Below are positions 51,945 through 64,000 of a stretch of DNA of 64,000 nt, one piece after another. The stretch comes from Amphiscolops sp. MND2022. Its lineage: Eukaryota. A program made the position numbers and the translations under genes. The stretch is from positions 52,454,001 to 52,518,000 of the forward strand of contig OZ076409.1 in the NCBI GenBank assembly GCA_964187785.1, in the 5' to 3' direction. Each line of letters starts with the position of its first letter. Position 1 is the stretch's first letter. The notes beneath the pieces are model-generated. The model was not told the origin of the DNA and ran no database searches. It saw nothing but the letters and a program-made list of their open reading frames with translations.

Positions 51945-53224
51945 CTGAAGATGACGCTAGTTTGTTGTTCTCATTGTGAATGAAGTCAATTTGCATTGAA
52001 ATAGTGGCAAAATTGTTAAGGTGTCAGCTGCATATAAATATAGAACTGATGCATAATGGAACTTGCACAGCTTCACGGCTTGAAATTGCCACCAAAACTT
52101 TGATGATTCTTTCAAGCAGCTTGATAAAAGTTGATGGCAACAGGGAAATATTAACGCAATAAACTTTCAGTCAGAGATTTAGAAATTATTGAAAAAGTTG
52201 CTGGCAACTTTCAAGAAGATATAAAAAGTTCGAGCAAGATCAACAAGGGATTGCTTCAACTATTTTTATGTTCTTTAAAGTTGCCATCAAACATTGTACT
52301 GTGCCTTATTACACTGTACGAAGTTTCCAACCGAAATTGTCTTGTTAAATCATTTCCCTGTTGTGTTCAACTCATGTAATGCTGCTTGACAGATCATCCT
52401 AAATTTGGTGGGAATCAGAAGCCTTGAAGATTTATACGTTTCATTAGGAAGCAGTTCTATTATTTAAAACTACTAACAAGTTTTTTAAAGTACTGTGATT
52501 AAGAAAACGTCCCCCGGGCAATTTTAGGCTTGATTTTCTCTTGATTTTGTTAAGAATTTTTAAAAACGTCACAAAAAAGTTTCTTAGAATTTCATCTAGT
52601 TTTTATTAGTGTTTTTTAAAAATAATTTTTCAAGGAAAAAATTTGAGAATATTATAAATAGCTGATTTCGAGCAATTTTGGGAATTTTTTTCCGTTTTTC
52701 CAATTGTTGTCAGTTTTATCCACAATTTTTTTGGCATGTTTTGAGCTCAAAAAACTCGCACAAATCTACTGAAACAATGGATATTCCAAAAATTATGAAC
52801 CGTTTTCTAAATATCATGCTCGAAAGGTGAAATTTGGTCGATTTATATGTATTAAGATAGGAAATGAACGTTTCGAGGCAAAAGAATCCAATCATTTTTT
52901 CATCCAGAATGTTTTTGAAAGAAAAAATATATCATTGAGTCCTATACAATCTGCAGAATTCGATGATTTTAAAATTTCCAGAAAACTATTTCAAAAACCT
53001 GCCCAAAACTAGGAAAATAGCCGAAACGCTCTTTCTGCGCCGGAGATTTCACTTGATGCTCCAATCAGAATTGAAAGCGAGAGCAAATAAGCAATGCTAA
53101 TTGGTTGATAACGACGCTCAGCGCCTAGGGGGACGATTTCTGAACCAGGGTACTGTATTTTACCGCCATGTTAATGCAATTTCACTTCATTCACAATGTA
53201 TATTGCCGACTAGTGTCATTTCAG
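51945..53224. mobile_element. Decayed foldback/TIR element containing a TA-flanked Tc1/mariner-type MITE (52488-53155)
   Basis: Outer imperfect inverted repeat of about 65 bp (CATTGTGAATGAAGT / ACTTCATTCACAATG). Inner TIRs AGTAC..AGAAAACGTCCCCC / GGGGGACGATTTCT..GTACTG are flanked by TA. Confidence 0.55.
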
Positions 53225-54660
53225 CGTGCTGTTTGAGAAGCAGCGGTTGCCTCACTTGAGAAGTTGAGAAATCAAAGAACGAGAACAAAAAGATCCTGTC
53301 GGCTGAGGATATTCCTTGAGATGAAAGTAAACAAACGTATTCAGAGCGCCGAAAGTAAAGTTACCTTTTCATCGCGTCGAAATAGTTTCAAAGTATTCAA
53401 AGCGTCGAAACGTTGCAAACTATTCAAAGCGTCGAAGCTTTTTTAACTATTCATTGCGCCGGAAAGTGTTACTACATGTTGATTGATGGTTCGTATACAC
53501 AGCGTATCCCAAAATTTATGTATAATTTTTGCATTTCATCGTGGAAACTATTGAAGCAAATTTGTCGCGTTCGGAGAATTTAAAGCAAAAGTTCACCCAA
53601 AAGTGTAAAGGTAAGTAATGAATCGTCCCGGAAAATAATTGGAAGTCGAAAAAAATTTTGGCCGTTTTTGCGCTTAATACTTCTAACTTGAGGAAGGTTT
53701 AAAAATATCGAAAGTAGGCTTGTACTAAAGAAAGTGAAGGTGAGCATCGTTACGTCTTGTGATGCTCAGGGCCAGCTGCCGGAGTTGCTGGTGCCGTAAT
53801 CCGGCCTTGTCGCATTACGTCTCCCAATTAGTACTTGACCGAGTCCCTCAATGAGTGAGGCCTTTTGTGTTTCTGAATTTTATTTCGAAAACTCCCGAAA
53901 AATGCCAAAAATGCCCAAGAGTGATACGAAAGAGTAAAACCAGAACCACTTCTAATTATAATTACTAATAAAAGTCTAATGAATCAAATTGAATCAAAAT
54001 CAAATGAATTCAAAACAATTAGAAGTCAAATGACCCAAACGAAAACAAAAATGAAATGAGTTAAATCAAAAGTTTTCATTTCATTTCCGCACATACGGAG
54101 CCAATCGATAACCAATGTTCATCTAAAGTTCGTTCCCAAGAGGGGAGCTCATTTTTCAAAACGATATTAGTTTCATTCAAATTACGCTATTTTCGTCGCT
54201 CTCGATTTGCCCAAGGGTGGCATTTATAAGAGCTTTTTCGCTCTTCCGATATCGTAATGAAAGGCAAATATTTGGCTTTATTTGTTGCACTTTTTTGTTC
54301 GAAGCAGCATTCCGTCTTTCGATGGCTTTGTTGGTACGTAATGTTTCTGGTCTGTCCCATACATTCTACTTTTCGGGGACCCAATGTATGTTAATGAACC
54401 AAAAGTTATGAAAGTACTTCAGAAGCTCTTCGATTTTAGAATATTTTTGTATTAATCCGGGTGTCCCTCACCCTCTATTTTTGTTTTTTTTTGTACTAAT
54501 TATTAGCAATATTTGCTGTAAATTACGTATTTTCCTCCCTGGGGGAAGAACATGTTTCGAAGTTGACATTTTCGGTGTCACTATCCATTATAAACAAACT
54601 GACCTTCGTTTCAAAAATAGCAAAAGTGACTTTTTTAATGTTTTTCATGCTTTTTTGTCG

Positions 54661-54830
54661 AATTTGGCGCCGGAATTTCAAAATCGACCAATTGGCGCCG
54701 GAAATGAACCAATAGCAACGCGTTATTTGTACGACATGCCGTAAGTTCACAAAACCCAATTTTTTGGGCTGGCTGAAATTCAAATTTCGGCGCGATGAAT
54801 AGCTTGCAAAATTTCGACGCTTTGAATATT
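54661..54830. promoter_or_regulatory. Possible E2F/CHR/CCAAT promoter-like motif cluster
   Basis: TTGGCGCCGGAA twice, CCAAT twice, minus-strand CGCGCC-N4-TTTGAA, and a GTAAGT donor at 54741. Confidence 0.3.
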
Positions 54831-55264
54831 CGATGCTTTGGGAATCCGCCCCTGTCGACAACGAAGTGAGAAATTTTTCGATTCCACTTTCAATACTTGA
54901 AACTTGTGTAATTTACCACCGGAACCTCATTGAATTATCTAGGTTTTATATTAAAAAGTTATTATGCATGCAGATCTGCAGCATGTAGAAAGTTCCAGCC
55001 GTCTCGACTAGTTATTTTCTGACAGAGCCAGAGCCATACTATCACTGACAAAAAAGGGGTAATTAAATGAAAATTGAGACAAATATGAAGGAAATACAAC
55101 TCCTAAACTTTTGGCAATTTATTACCAATTGTGAAGCAACATTAATTTCTCAAATTTAGCTGCTATAAAAACAGTATAAAATGTGAACTCTGAAATGCAA
55201 GGAAAAGTCATCCACGAAAAATAATATTCGGCCGTTTGGGTATACATTTGTAATCTAAAAGAAA

Positions 55265-55430
55265 AACATCTAACGCTTTATATCTAACGCCCAAGATCCA
55301 ACGCATACTATTGTTGCCTAAGATGAAACGCCCATATATATAACAGCTAATTTTGCAATGCCTAATATCTAACATCCTAATGTCTAAGGCCTTTAATCTA
55401 AAACCCCTAATATCAAACGCCCAAAATGTC
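55265..55430. repeat. Degenerate short tandem repeat (ATCTAACGCC-like)
   Basis: About 10 diverged copies of TATCTAACGCCYA. Confidence 0.7.
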
Positions 55431-56505
55431 AGAACAACAGAGGCGCGAATAACGTCTAAAGAACACGCTCGGAAGTTTAAGTTGAAGAATCAAAAAAAGA
55501 AATGTTTCAATAAATAGGGCCGTTTCTAATTTTGTGCTTTAAAATTAGTCCCAGACAAACATTCCTTTTATATGGTACAAATTGTGTTTCTTATTTTAAA
55601 AAATAAATCCCGCATAAAAACTTTTTTGCAATGCCTCTGAGTCTTGGCATACCTCACGATTGCAATAACTCACGAATTTCATTGTCTTACTAGCACACGC
55701 AGAAAAAAATGTTCATTTTGAATATAATCATCTGCACATGCAAAAGTTTCGTCTTTGATGCTGCTCACAAACTCCGCCAAATTGTATAGAAATTCTATAA
55801 ACTAAGAAGAATTAGATTTGCATCAGGGAAAAATTTAGTGTGAATGATTCTACATGGACCTCCTAAAATCATCCTAAAAGTGTTCGGCAACCTAAAAGTG
55901 TTCGGCAAAGTTATTGAACACGTAGAACGTTCCAGCAGATTCAACTACGGTACGTACATAAAATTTAGTACGGTTGTTGTAGGAGAACAAAAATGTGTGT
56001 CTTGTGAAGATTATCAAATTGTCATGCTAATTTTTTCGTATTAGTGTAAAATTCATACTAAAAATTTCTTCTCCCAAAAAATTGTAGTTGATATTAAAAC
56101 TTTCAATCTGTATTAAGCAGTGCACACGGGGCGTTTGGAAAAACAAAAAACCAAAAAGTTTGTCAAAACCTCTATACCTTTGAAGTCGTTCTTTTTACAA
56201 CTGACGAACTTCGAGTTTGAGAGAGAAATAGTTCGAACATAATATCGCTAAGGTGGAAAGATCGCTTAGTGCAAACAATTGAGGATGCTTTAGAAAAAGT
56301 CTTCACAAAATTTTCTTTTTTCTGCCTTTTTTCATGATAAAGTATGAGAAAAGTTTTCATCTCATTCGGCGATTTCCCCTACTTTCGTCATGATCCGGTT
56401 TTGCACTCCAAAGATGGAGTGTAATTCTGCAAGAAAAAATAGTGTTCCTAAAAATAGTGCCTAAATTTGTCACAATATTGCTGCAAGTGTCGGCGCTTCA
56501 TGATA

Positions 56506-57069
56506 TTTTTAGTCGGCGCTTCATGAAGTGAATCGCGACTATTATAGTGACTTTTTTTCTTTTTTTTCAATGCACACGAACTCACCAAAATAGTTCTTAA
56601 AAGTTCTACGAAATTTTATGTTCCCAAATTGAATAATTTGGCCTAGCGAACTGAACCAAAAAAGTTTTTAACTTTTTCCGCGTAACATACAATACCGGGA
56701 GAGACTAAAGTGTCCCCCTTTCATTTTTTTCGACATTGTGAGACTTTTTTTCGAAAAAAAAATTCCCAAAGGGTCCCCCTTCAATTTTTTGATGTTTTGC
56801 GACAGAATGGATGTTGAAAAATCCCATTGGGTCCCCCTTTCAGTTTTTTCGGCATTGTGAGACTTTGTTCGGAATTTTTTTCACCAAAGGGTCCTCCTTC
56901 ATTTTTTTTGATGTTTTACAACAATGGATTTGAAAAAATGCGGAAGGGTCCCAATTCGGTCCAACTTTTTGGGTTTTTCAGCTACTGTAGAATACTTCGA
57001 AACTTTGAAGTCATGTTGCTATTTTCGAGCCTTAGATATGGCGCCGACTTGCGCCGCTCCCGGCTTGTT
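56506..57069 (+). mobile_element. HINE-family complete copy
   Basis: TTTTTAGTCGGCGC ... central repeats ... GCGCCGACTTGCGCCGCTCCCGGCTTGTT. Confidence 0.75.
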
Positions 57070-57826
57070 ACCTTTTTTTAACCTTTTTACCGAAATTTTT
57101 TGTTAGCAGGAAAATTGAACGAGAGTTGAACGACAAAAATAGCTTCAAAGTTTCAGAAATCAAGTTTTGAACGCTTTGTGCATGTTTTGTTGCCAAAAAT
57201 TGGCAAAAACAATTGTTGCTAGAAAACATTTTGTTTCGATACTTTTTTCTACACAGTAAGCAAACCAAACGGAAGATCCACAGTGTCTCTAACCTGAATT
57301 GTTATTCAGATGTTTTTTTTCTGACTGGTGCTGTCAATTCTAGCGCCTGGACGGTCTTTGTAATGAACGAAGGAATGCGAATTATAATTTGTTCATTTGA
57401 TTTTAACACACCAACTAGTTTATTATTATCAGTATTAAAAACGTCGAAAGACGAGGCATTCGGCTCTACTTTGAGAACTGACGCGACATAAAGTAGAAAG
57501 AAAAAAAATTCACTGAAATTATTTGAACTGAGCTTAAAAATGAAAAAATGTCAGTGCCGTCGACTATTAGTAGTAAAGATTGAACCGCTCTTAGTTATGT
57601 ACAAAACTGGTTCAACTGAACATTGGATTGAAGTTCGATGAAGTGTTTCAGAGATGATTTATAAAGTTTTTGGCGTACGACCTTTAAATTCAATGATCTT
57701 CAGCATGGTGTAGAGGCTACAGCACTTGGCAAGTACTGGAGCGGTATCAGGTTAGAATCTCTCTCAACTCAAAAATGCTGGGTCTTAAGCAAGTCCTTCA
57801 TAAGGGTATGGTGATGTGGTTATGAC

Positions 57827-58390
57827 AACCAAGACGGGAACGTCTAAAGTCGGCGCTATATCTAAGGCTCAAAAAGTGTAAAATTTTCTAACATTGTAAA
57901 AGGTGGGACCCTTTCGACCTTTTGAAAATCCAGTTTGTTGCAAAATAGGAAGGGGTACCCTTTGGAGACATTTAAAAAAAAATCGAAAAATTTTTTTGAT
58001 AAAATTTTCGAAAAAAAACAAAAAATGAAAATTTTGAAACAGTCTCATAGTGCCAAAAAAGTAGAAAGGGGAGACCCTTTGGGCTTTTTGAAACTTGAGT
58101 TTGCTGCCAAATTTCAAAAAATTTGAAGGGGGACCCTTTGGCGACAGAAACAAAATTCGTAAAAAGACGCAAAAAAATCAAAAGGGGGACCCTGTAGTCA
58201 AGTCCAGTTTTGTATCTTACGTTAAAAACTGAGTACACGAAAGGGGGACCCTTTGCACTAACGTAGATACGTTTCCGCTTGCCGGTCCAGTAGTTTAGTA
58301 GTTCTGTAAAAAAGTGTCCACTGCACATAAATTCTGTGGTCTTGCCACTTAATAGTAGGGCTCATTTTGTTAAAATGCGCCGAGTGAAAA
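57827..58390 (-). mobile_element. HINE-family complete copy
   Basis: Reverse-complement 3' end (ACGGGAACGTCTAAAGTCGGCGCTATATCTAAGGCTC), AAGGGGGACCC central repeats, and 5' end GCGCCGAGTGAAAA. Confidence 0.7.
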
Positions 58391-59609
58391 CAAGACGCCC
58401 ACTGACCAGCAGGATATTTTACGTCCAAACTGTTCTAGAAATGACATATTTTTGAGACTCAAAAGGAGCCATTGCACTATGAAAATGCATAGAAGTTTGA
58501 CACTTTTTGAATATTGCCTTCCCATTTCAGAAGGAAACACTTCAAGAACACACCTAACACCTATTTGTTTTTTTTATCGATATGTGTGTATACCAAAACC
58601 TAACCAATCATTTTTCTATAATTTTGCGCGAAGTCGCCAAAAACGACAAAATTTGGAACATTTTGCTTTTTCGACAACTTTGCAGTCATTTGAGGAACTT
58701 TTCTAAGAAACTGTAGATGTCTTTTTGAAAAGGCCAATTGGATAACGGGTCCAGTCGTCCTTGAACGACATAAGTCCTCGAAAGGTTCACAAAAAAGTAT
58801 CTCAATGTTTCAAAAACAAAAACGGACTTTTCAATTATTTGAAGTCGTTTTGACGAACTTTTTGCGAACTCCAATGATCAAATGAGTCGTTGTTAGTTTT
58901 GAAGTTTCTTTCAATTTGCGTAATTTGTTTTTTCAACTTTCTGGCCCATAGTGAGACATTTTTTGGGCACAATATCATAAGATCTTAATCAATTAAAAGT
59001 TTTATTGATTCAGTTTTTCAGAGACCTCTTTTTCAGCTGCGTCCTGTCGAAACTTAGCGGTAGTAAGCTTCTTATTTTTCTTATTTTGTTAGTATCAAGG
59101 GAATTAAGAGCCTCTTCACGTGGTCAAAGAGAGATTTCAATGAATACCCCATTGTAATGACTATAATATTATTCCGCTATCAAACTAGTCCTCAAAAAAA
59201 TGTTATTGTTTTTTTTTTGTCAAACCCGGAAAGGTGAAAAATATTGCGTTTCTCAACAGTTTGCTGGCTGGAAAAATGCTAGTTTTTCGTATTTGTTTGC
59301 CACACTGGCACTGGTAGACTATTCGGTTACATCATACTGCACCGTCTGTGTTTACAAAATGAGGTTTACCCAAACTGGGAGGTTAGCTCCGAGAACCCGC
59401 TAAATTGTAGAGATCCTATTAAATACCTGAAAAATTAGTGAGACAGCATGAAAATTTCGAGCAAGAAAACTTCTCTAAGCCTTAGAGCAGGTCCCAGAAA
59501 TCTAATAAATCTGCCTTGACATATTCGAGAACATGACATATTCGAGTACTTTCAACTTGGGAGGTAAATAACGTCTAAACGAAACGTCTAAAAGTTTTGA
59601 CAGTGAGGA

Positions 59610-60022
59610 ACTTTTTCCTTTTCCCCTCCCACACTTTTCAAGATGATGTTTTTGCAATTAATTATATCTCAGTTGCGTTTCCAATGAAACAGGTCAGTTT
59701 TAAATTTATTCTCAGGGTGATAGTTTAGGATTCACATACAGACTTTGTTCACACTTTTTCCCTATGTATTTACGCATTTTTGATGAAGAAATCAACAGCT
59801 TCCTGTTTTGAGTCATCAATAAACACTCAATACGAACATAATTAGTCAAATTGTGTGAACAATGTTTTGTTCAAGCGGAAAACTACTCTAATAGTGTGGA
59901 GACAACAAAACAAAGGAAAAGACTTATTCGAAGAAATATTGAATGACATAGTCAAATATAATCCTTTATGTTGAGTTTGTTTTCTTTAAAAAGTGTTTGG
60001 GTGGGGGGAAGGAAAAAGAGTC
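59610..60022. mobile_element. Older MITE copy, same family as 61890-62304, opposite orientation
   Basis: 59698-59893 is a near reverse complement of 62007-62204; degenerate C-rich/G-rich termini. Confidence 0.7.
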
Positions 60023-61511
60023 GACAGTGAATAAAGGCGAACTAAGTCAATTGCGATTTACCGATAAATGTAGTGCCCTAAACGCAGGAGCAAAGCGAAG
60101 CGGAGTGACGTGCCAAAACCGCTCTAACTTGACGAAGACCGACTTGCATGGTGAAGCCCCAGACACACAACATTTTTTTCAATCCATTTTTATTTCCAGA
60201 TCAATTTTTTTTGGATTTTAAATTAAATGATCTCGGACGTTTTCTTCCAAATCGCTTTGGAAGGTATCTATCAATTCACGCTCACAGCATTTTCGATTGT
60301 TGATCAACAAATGGCAAGCTGCATTTCTGTCGATTTGCTTATGTTGCGCTCTTTCCCGGATTTTCAAATCCACCTTCAGTTGATCAATTTAAACTGAAAT
60401 TGTTTTTAAAAATACATTTTCTTTGACATTTATTCACTGATTTTGAATAAGTCATATAATTTTACACATTCAGCTACTGATTTAATATCATTTGCCAATT
60501 GAAGAGTCGCGACTAAACACCGTACTCCAGAATAAGACATTTGAGAGAATGCATTGCCAAGGGCATCGAGTTTTTATTCTGTCGTAAAACTGATCTACCG
60601 CCCTCGCATGTTTTTCATTTTTTATATTCTTTTAAAAGAGGAGCTTCGTTGATTGCAGAACTAACATATAGTCGAAAAAATTACGTAACAAAGACAGATT
60701 CCAAGCGATTTGAGACAAAATATTGCACGTGTTTTTTAACCAAAGCAATAGCAAAGTATAGTACTTCAGTATATACCAAATCTGAATGTATTTGGAATAA
60801 TCTTTCGGCCAAGAACGTAAATTATCTCAATGTGGTGTTATTGCGTTTGTCTGAGAAGATGATTCTTTATAATGAAGTTATTATTCTGATTTACAATTAT
60901 TCGGTAAAAATTGTTTCGATTATAAATTCATCAATTCTCTGGTAAGTAAACACTGGATCTTTAGAATCGGGATGTTAGGTTTCGATATCGATGCGTAGAA
61001 AATATTAGATGAACTTTTATGAATAGATAAAATGGAATTTTTTCCTTTTCCCCACACGCAAAAAATTATGAGAAAAAGTAAAATTGGCATGAATTAGTAG
61101 CTGATTATAGGCATTCATGCGAAGTCAACAAAATAGAGTAAAATAGAGTGTTTTAGGATTTGTTGAAAAGTAGTTATAGGAGCATTCATTTGGTAAGAGT
61201 TTATTAATTTAATTTCATGCGTAATACTGCTAATTTAAACATATTGTGGGGATGGCAATTTTTAACTGTTAGTTTTCAAAGGGCTTCAACGTCTTAGCGA
61301 GAAGAAGGATTTCGAAAATATATGACAAAACCTTTTCTATGACAGATTGCATTTTGGCCAAGAAACTGGTAAACTGCAATTTTTGCAGCTTGAACATTGG
61401 ATGCGCTAGGAAATTGTAAAGTGCTTCGATTCCCAATTACAGTGATTTCCTATCATTCGTTTGACAATCTCCCAAAGATTTCGTTGGACTATCCGAGCAG
61501 TTCTTGTAGCG

Positions 61512-61647
61512 ATGACAGCGGAACTTAGCTACATGACTTTGCGATCAGCCAATCAGGCAAGAGAAGCTGAAGAACAGAGGATGGACCAAAGAAGGAAAAA
61601 TGTTCTTATTTTGGTTTATGATTACCTCAAAAACACTGGCTATGCAG
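61512..61647 (+). CDS. KATNAL2: Katanin p60 subunit A-like 2, first coding exon (N-terminal LisH region); the rest lies beyond the window
   Basis: MTAELSYMTLRSANQAREAEEQRMDQRRKNVLILVYDYLKNTGY closely resembles the recalled KATNAL2 N-terminus (MELSY..L....QARE...R...RRKNLLILI..YL...GY). Acceptor TTCTTGTAG lies just before the ATG; donor GCA G|GTAACG. Confidence 0.85.
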
Positions 61648-61889
61648 GTAACGTTTTTTCTCATTCTCAATCAATGAATCAGAGTCTCCAAAAAGTCTAC
61701 CTTTACAGAACATCAAAGTTGACAAATTTTTTCTTTAGACCACCTATTCATGCGAGATGCAAATAATTAGGCTCATGTAGGTTTCACGTTAAATGCAGCT
61801 TTCATTCCAGTTGCAATTTTCTTTTGAAAAAAGTTGAAATTTGTAATTATGGTCTAAATTTTAATTGTTAAATTTTTCCATTTTCTTCT

Positions 61890-62304
61890 GAGGCTCTTTT
61901 CTGTTTCCCCCCCCCCACCACCAAATTTTTAAAATAACTTTCCTTAAAAACTTTAGACTAGCCTAATTAAAAGTAAAACCTTCTTTCATAACGGGAAGTT
62001 AACTTGTATTAGAGTAGTTTTCCGTTTGAACAAAACATTTTTCACACATTTTGACTATAATTATGTTCGTATTAAGTGTTTATTGATGGCTCAAAACAGG
62101 AAGCTGTTGATTTCTTCATCAAAAATGCGTGACTACATATTGAAAAAGTGTGAACAAAGTTTGTATCTGAATCCTAAACTATCACCCTGAGAATAAATTT
62201 AAAATTGAAGCTTTATGGTTTGTATTCAAGTCTGTTTGTTATAAGATTTTCACTAATTTTCCAAAAAAAAATTTTGTGGTGGGGGGAAAACAGAAAAGAG
62301 CCTC
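61890..62304. mobile_element. MITE with TIRs of about 38 bp (GAG...CTC ends, possibly Sola2-like)
   Basis: GAGGCTCTTTTCTGTTTCCCCCC..ACCAC / GTGGTGGGGGGAAAACAGAAAAGAGCCTC, with TTCT on both sides. An alternative parse gives a 6-bp CTTCTG duplication. Confidence 0.75.
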
Positions 62305-64000
62305 TTCTGACACTTAAGAGTCTATCTGTAGATAGTAGTCAATGGCTTTTTTCTGTTTATCTCCGACCAACATAATTTTCAAAAGGAAAACTTACAAGAC
62401 GACCGCTGAGCAGCGAGGTATTTTCCGCCCCAAACTGTTCTACAAATACATAAATTTCAGGCTCAAAAATAGCCAGAGCACTATGAAAACGCAAAGAAGT
62501 TCGAAGAAAAGAGCTTTGATTCATCTTTTAGTATTTCTGCGACAGCTGGCAACTTTTCGTTTATACAGCACTATGCGATATACCGAGAAAAGAGAAAATT
62601 TTCAAAGAATTTTTTTGAAATAAATATTCGAAAACCATTATTTGCAATGCTTAGTTTCTGAGGTTTTCTGTAAAGGAAACAAGTTTCTCGAGTCTTGAAG
62701 GTGGCTTTTTCGTTACTTTTCATCACAAGGAACTGACGAGGTTTTTCATAGATCGTGGAAATTACCTCATTTCAGGTTTTTCGGGTCTGTGCGTCTTTCC
62801 GAAACTTTCATTCGGTCAAAGAGTACCCCCCATGCTTTCATAGCTGATTTCTTCTTCAGAAAAGTAGTTTTGCGAGCTGAAACTTGCTTCGCCATCATAG
62901 AACTTCACCGGAATAAATGGGGTTTTTGTGATGCCTGTTGGGAAAAAGTAGTCTCAGGTGTATTCCTTGAGGTCATTTTTGGCACTCAGAAAATGGTAAA
63001 CGCTTGAGACTAGATGCTTTGCGAACTTAGGAATGTTGAGCAATCGCGGTTTATAATATTGCACATAGGTTCACCAGAAGTGTCAAAAATTAGAAATCGT
63101 TTTGACAAATTTGGGGTCAATTTGAGGAATTTTTCTAACATGAATCTACAGATGTCTCATCAAAAATAAGCCCACTGGACACCGAGTTTGGTAGTTGTTG
63201 AATGTTTACACCATTCAAACCCACGAAGTAGCTCGAAACATTTTCCTTTGGAATGTGTACTCCATATCTAATGATTTTGCTTGGTTTTTGAATATTAAAT
63301 ATTGGACAAATGAGGTCGAAATTCCTTTTTCACGAGTAAAGTTTCTGACGTTGTGCATAAAAACTTGCCAGATATCTTTTCAAAACACTACCGCTAGCTA
63401 CAAGTCTCAATCCTGAGCCTAAGGTATTTCTGATTGAGGTAAATTTCGCAAAGGGTCTAAAATTGGGACTATGTTGTCGAAAATGAAGACAGTTTGAGTT
63501 TTTGAGGCCAATTCCAACAAAAAATGCAGTTATACTTTCAAAATTGCCTACTGGAGATGCCCGCATTAGTCCTTGTTGAGTTTTTCAAACCATATTATGC
63601 AAGGAAGTAGCTCAAAAATTGTACAAATACGGCCTAAAACGGTTTAAAAAACATGAAAACTCTCAGATTTTCCATTATTTGGGCCATTCGGAGCAAACTT
63701 TCGACCATAATTTAGGCAAGTTCTTTGAAAACGTGCTTCGGACCTCGTTTTATTGTCTGGAGCTTTTCGAAGCTTTCATTTTACCTGAATTTTCCAATCT
63801 CAAAAAAGTTTCACTGAAAATGTCAGAAATCGTCAAAAATTTTGATCCTTTCAACTTTATGCGGTTAATTTTGTGCTATTTTCCAACCGAAGGCTGCAAT
63901 CGATCCTTCAAAATGCCACTAGATTATCAGTTCAGTCTTTGTTGAACGTTTGCCGATATTCTGACTCCAAAATGTTTCAAAAAGTACACAAGTTGCGCAT

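Noticed and set aside
61648..64000. Further KATNAL2 exons
   Set aside because: Phase-1 acceptor candidates checked at about 61738 and 62460 give early stops, and the one at about 62776 shows no katanin-like sequence.

Overview
Eukaryotic, AT-rich, transposon-dense DNA, most likely from an invertebrate animal; the species cannot be determined from the window. There are two host genes, arranged divergently. (1) A large minus-strand RNF213/mysterin-like AAA+ ATPase gene. I reconstructed seven exons by hand between 30456 and 825. All junctions but one are phase-consistent GT-AG, two exons are absent from the ORF track, and the gene continues off the left edge. (2) The first coding exon of a KATNAL2-like gene on the plus strand (61512-61647). 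Almost everything else is transposon material: a decayed BEL/Pao element, three decayed Ty3/Gypsy elements, two TSD-flanked solo LTRs, a decayed LINE with a PHD plus zinc-knuckle ORF1, about seven whole or partial Helentron-associated (HINE/DINE-1-like) elements, and several MITEs. The most notable patterns are: a Gypsy lineage whose Gag ORF starts 350-730 nt inside the LTR, so that solo LTRs keep a promoter plus a read-out ORF; an antisense cargo ORF downstream of pol; a UBA-like module inserted in the RNF213-like stalk; a three-level nested insertion; and an inverted MITE pair bracketing the KATNAL2 start exon. Family assignments rest on motifs recognised from memory, not on database searches.
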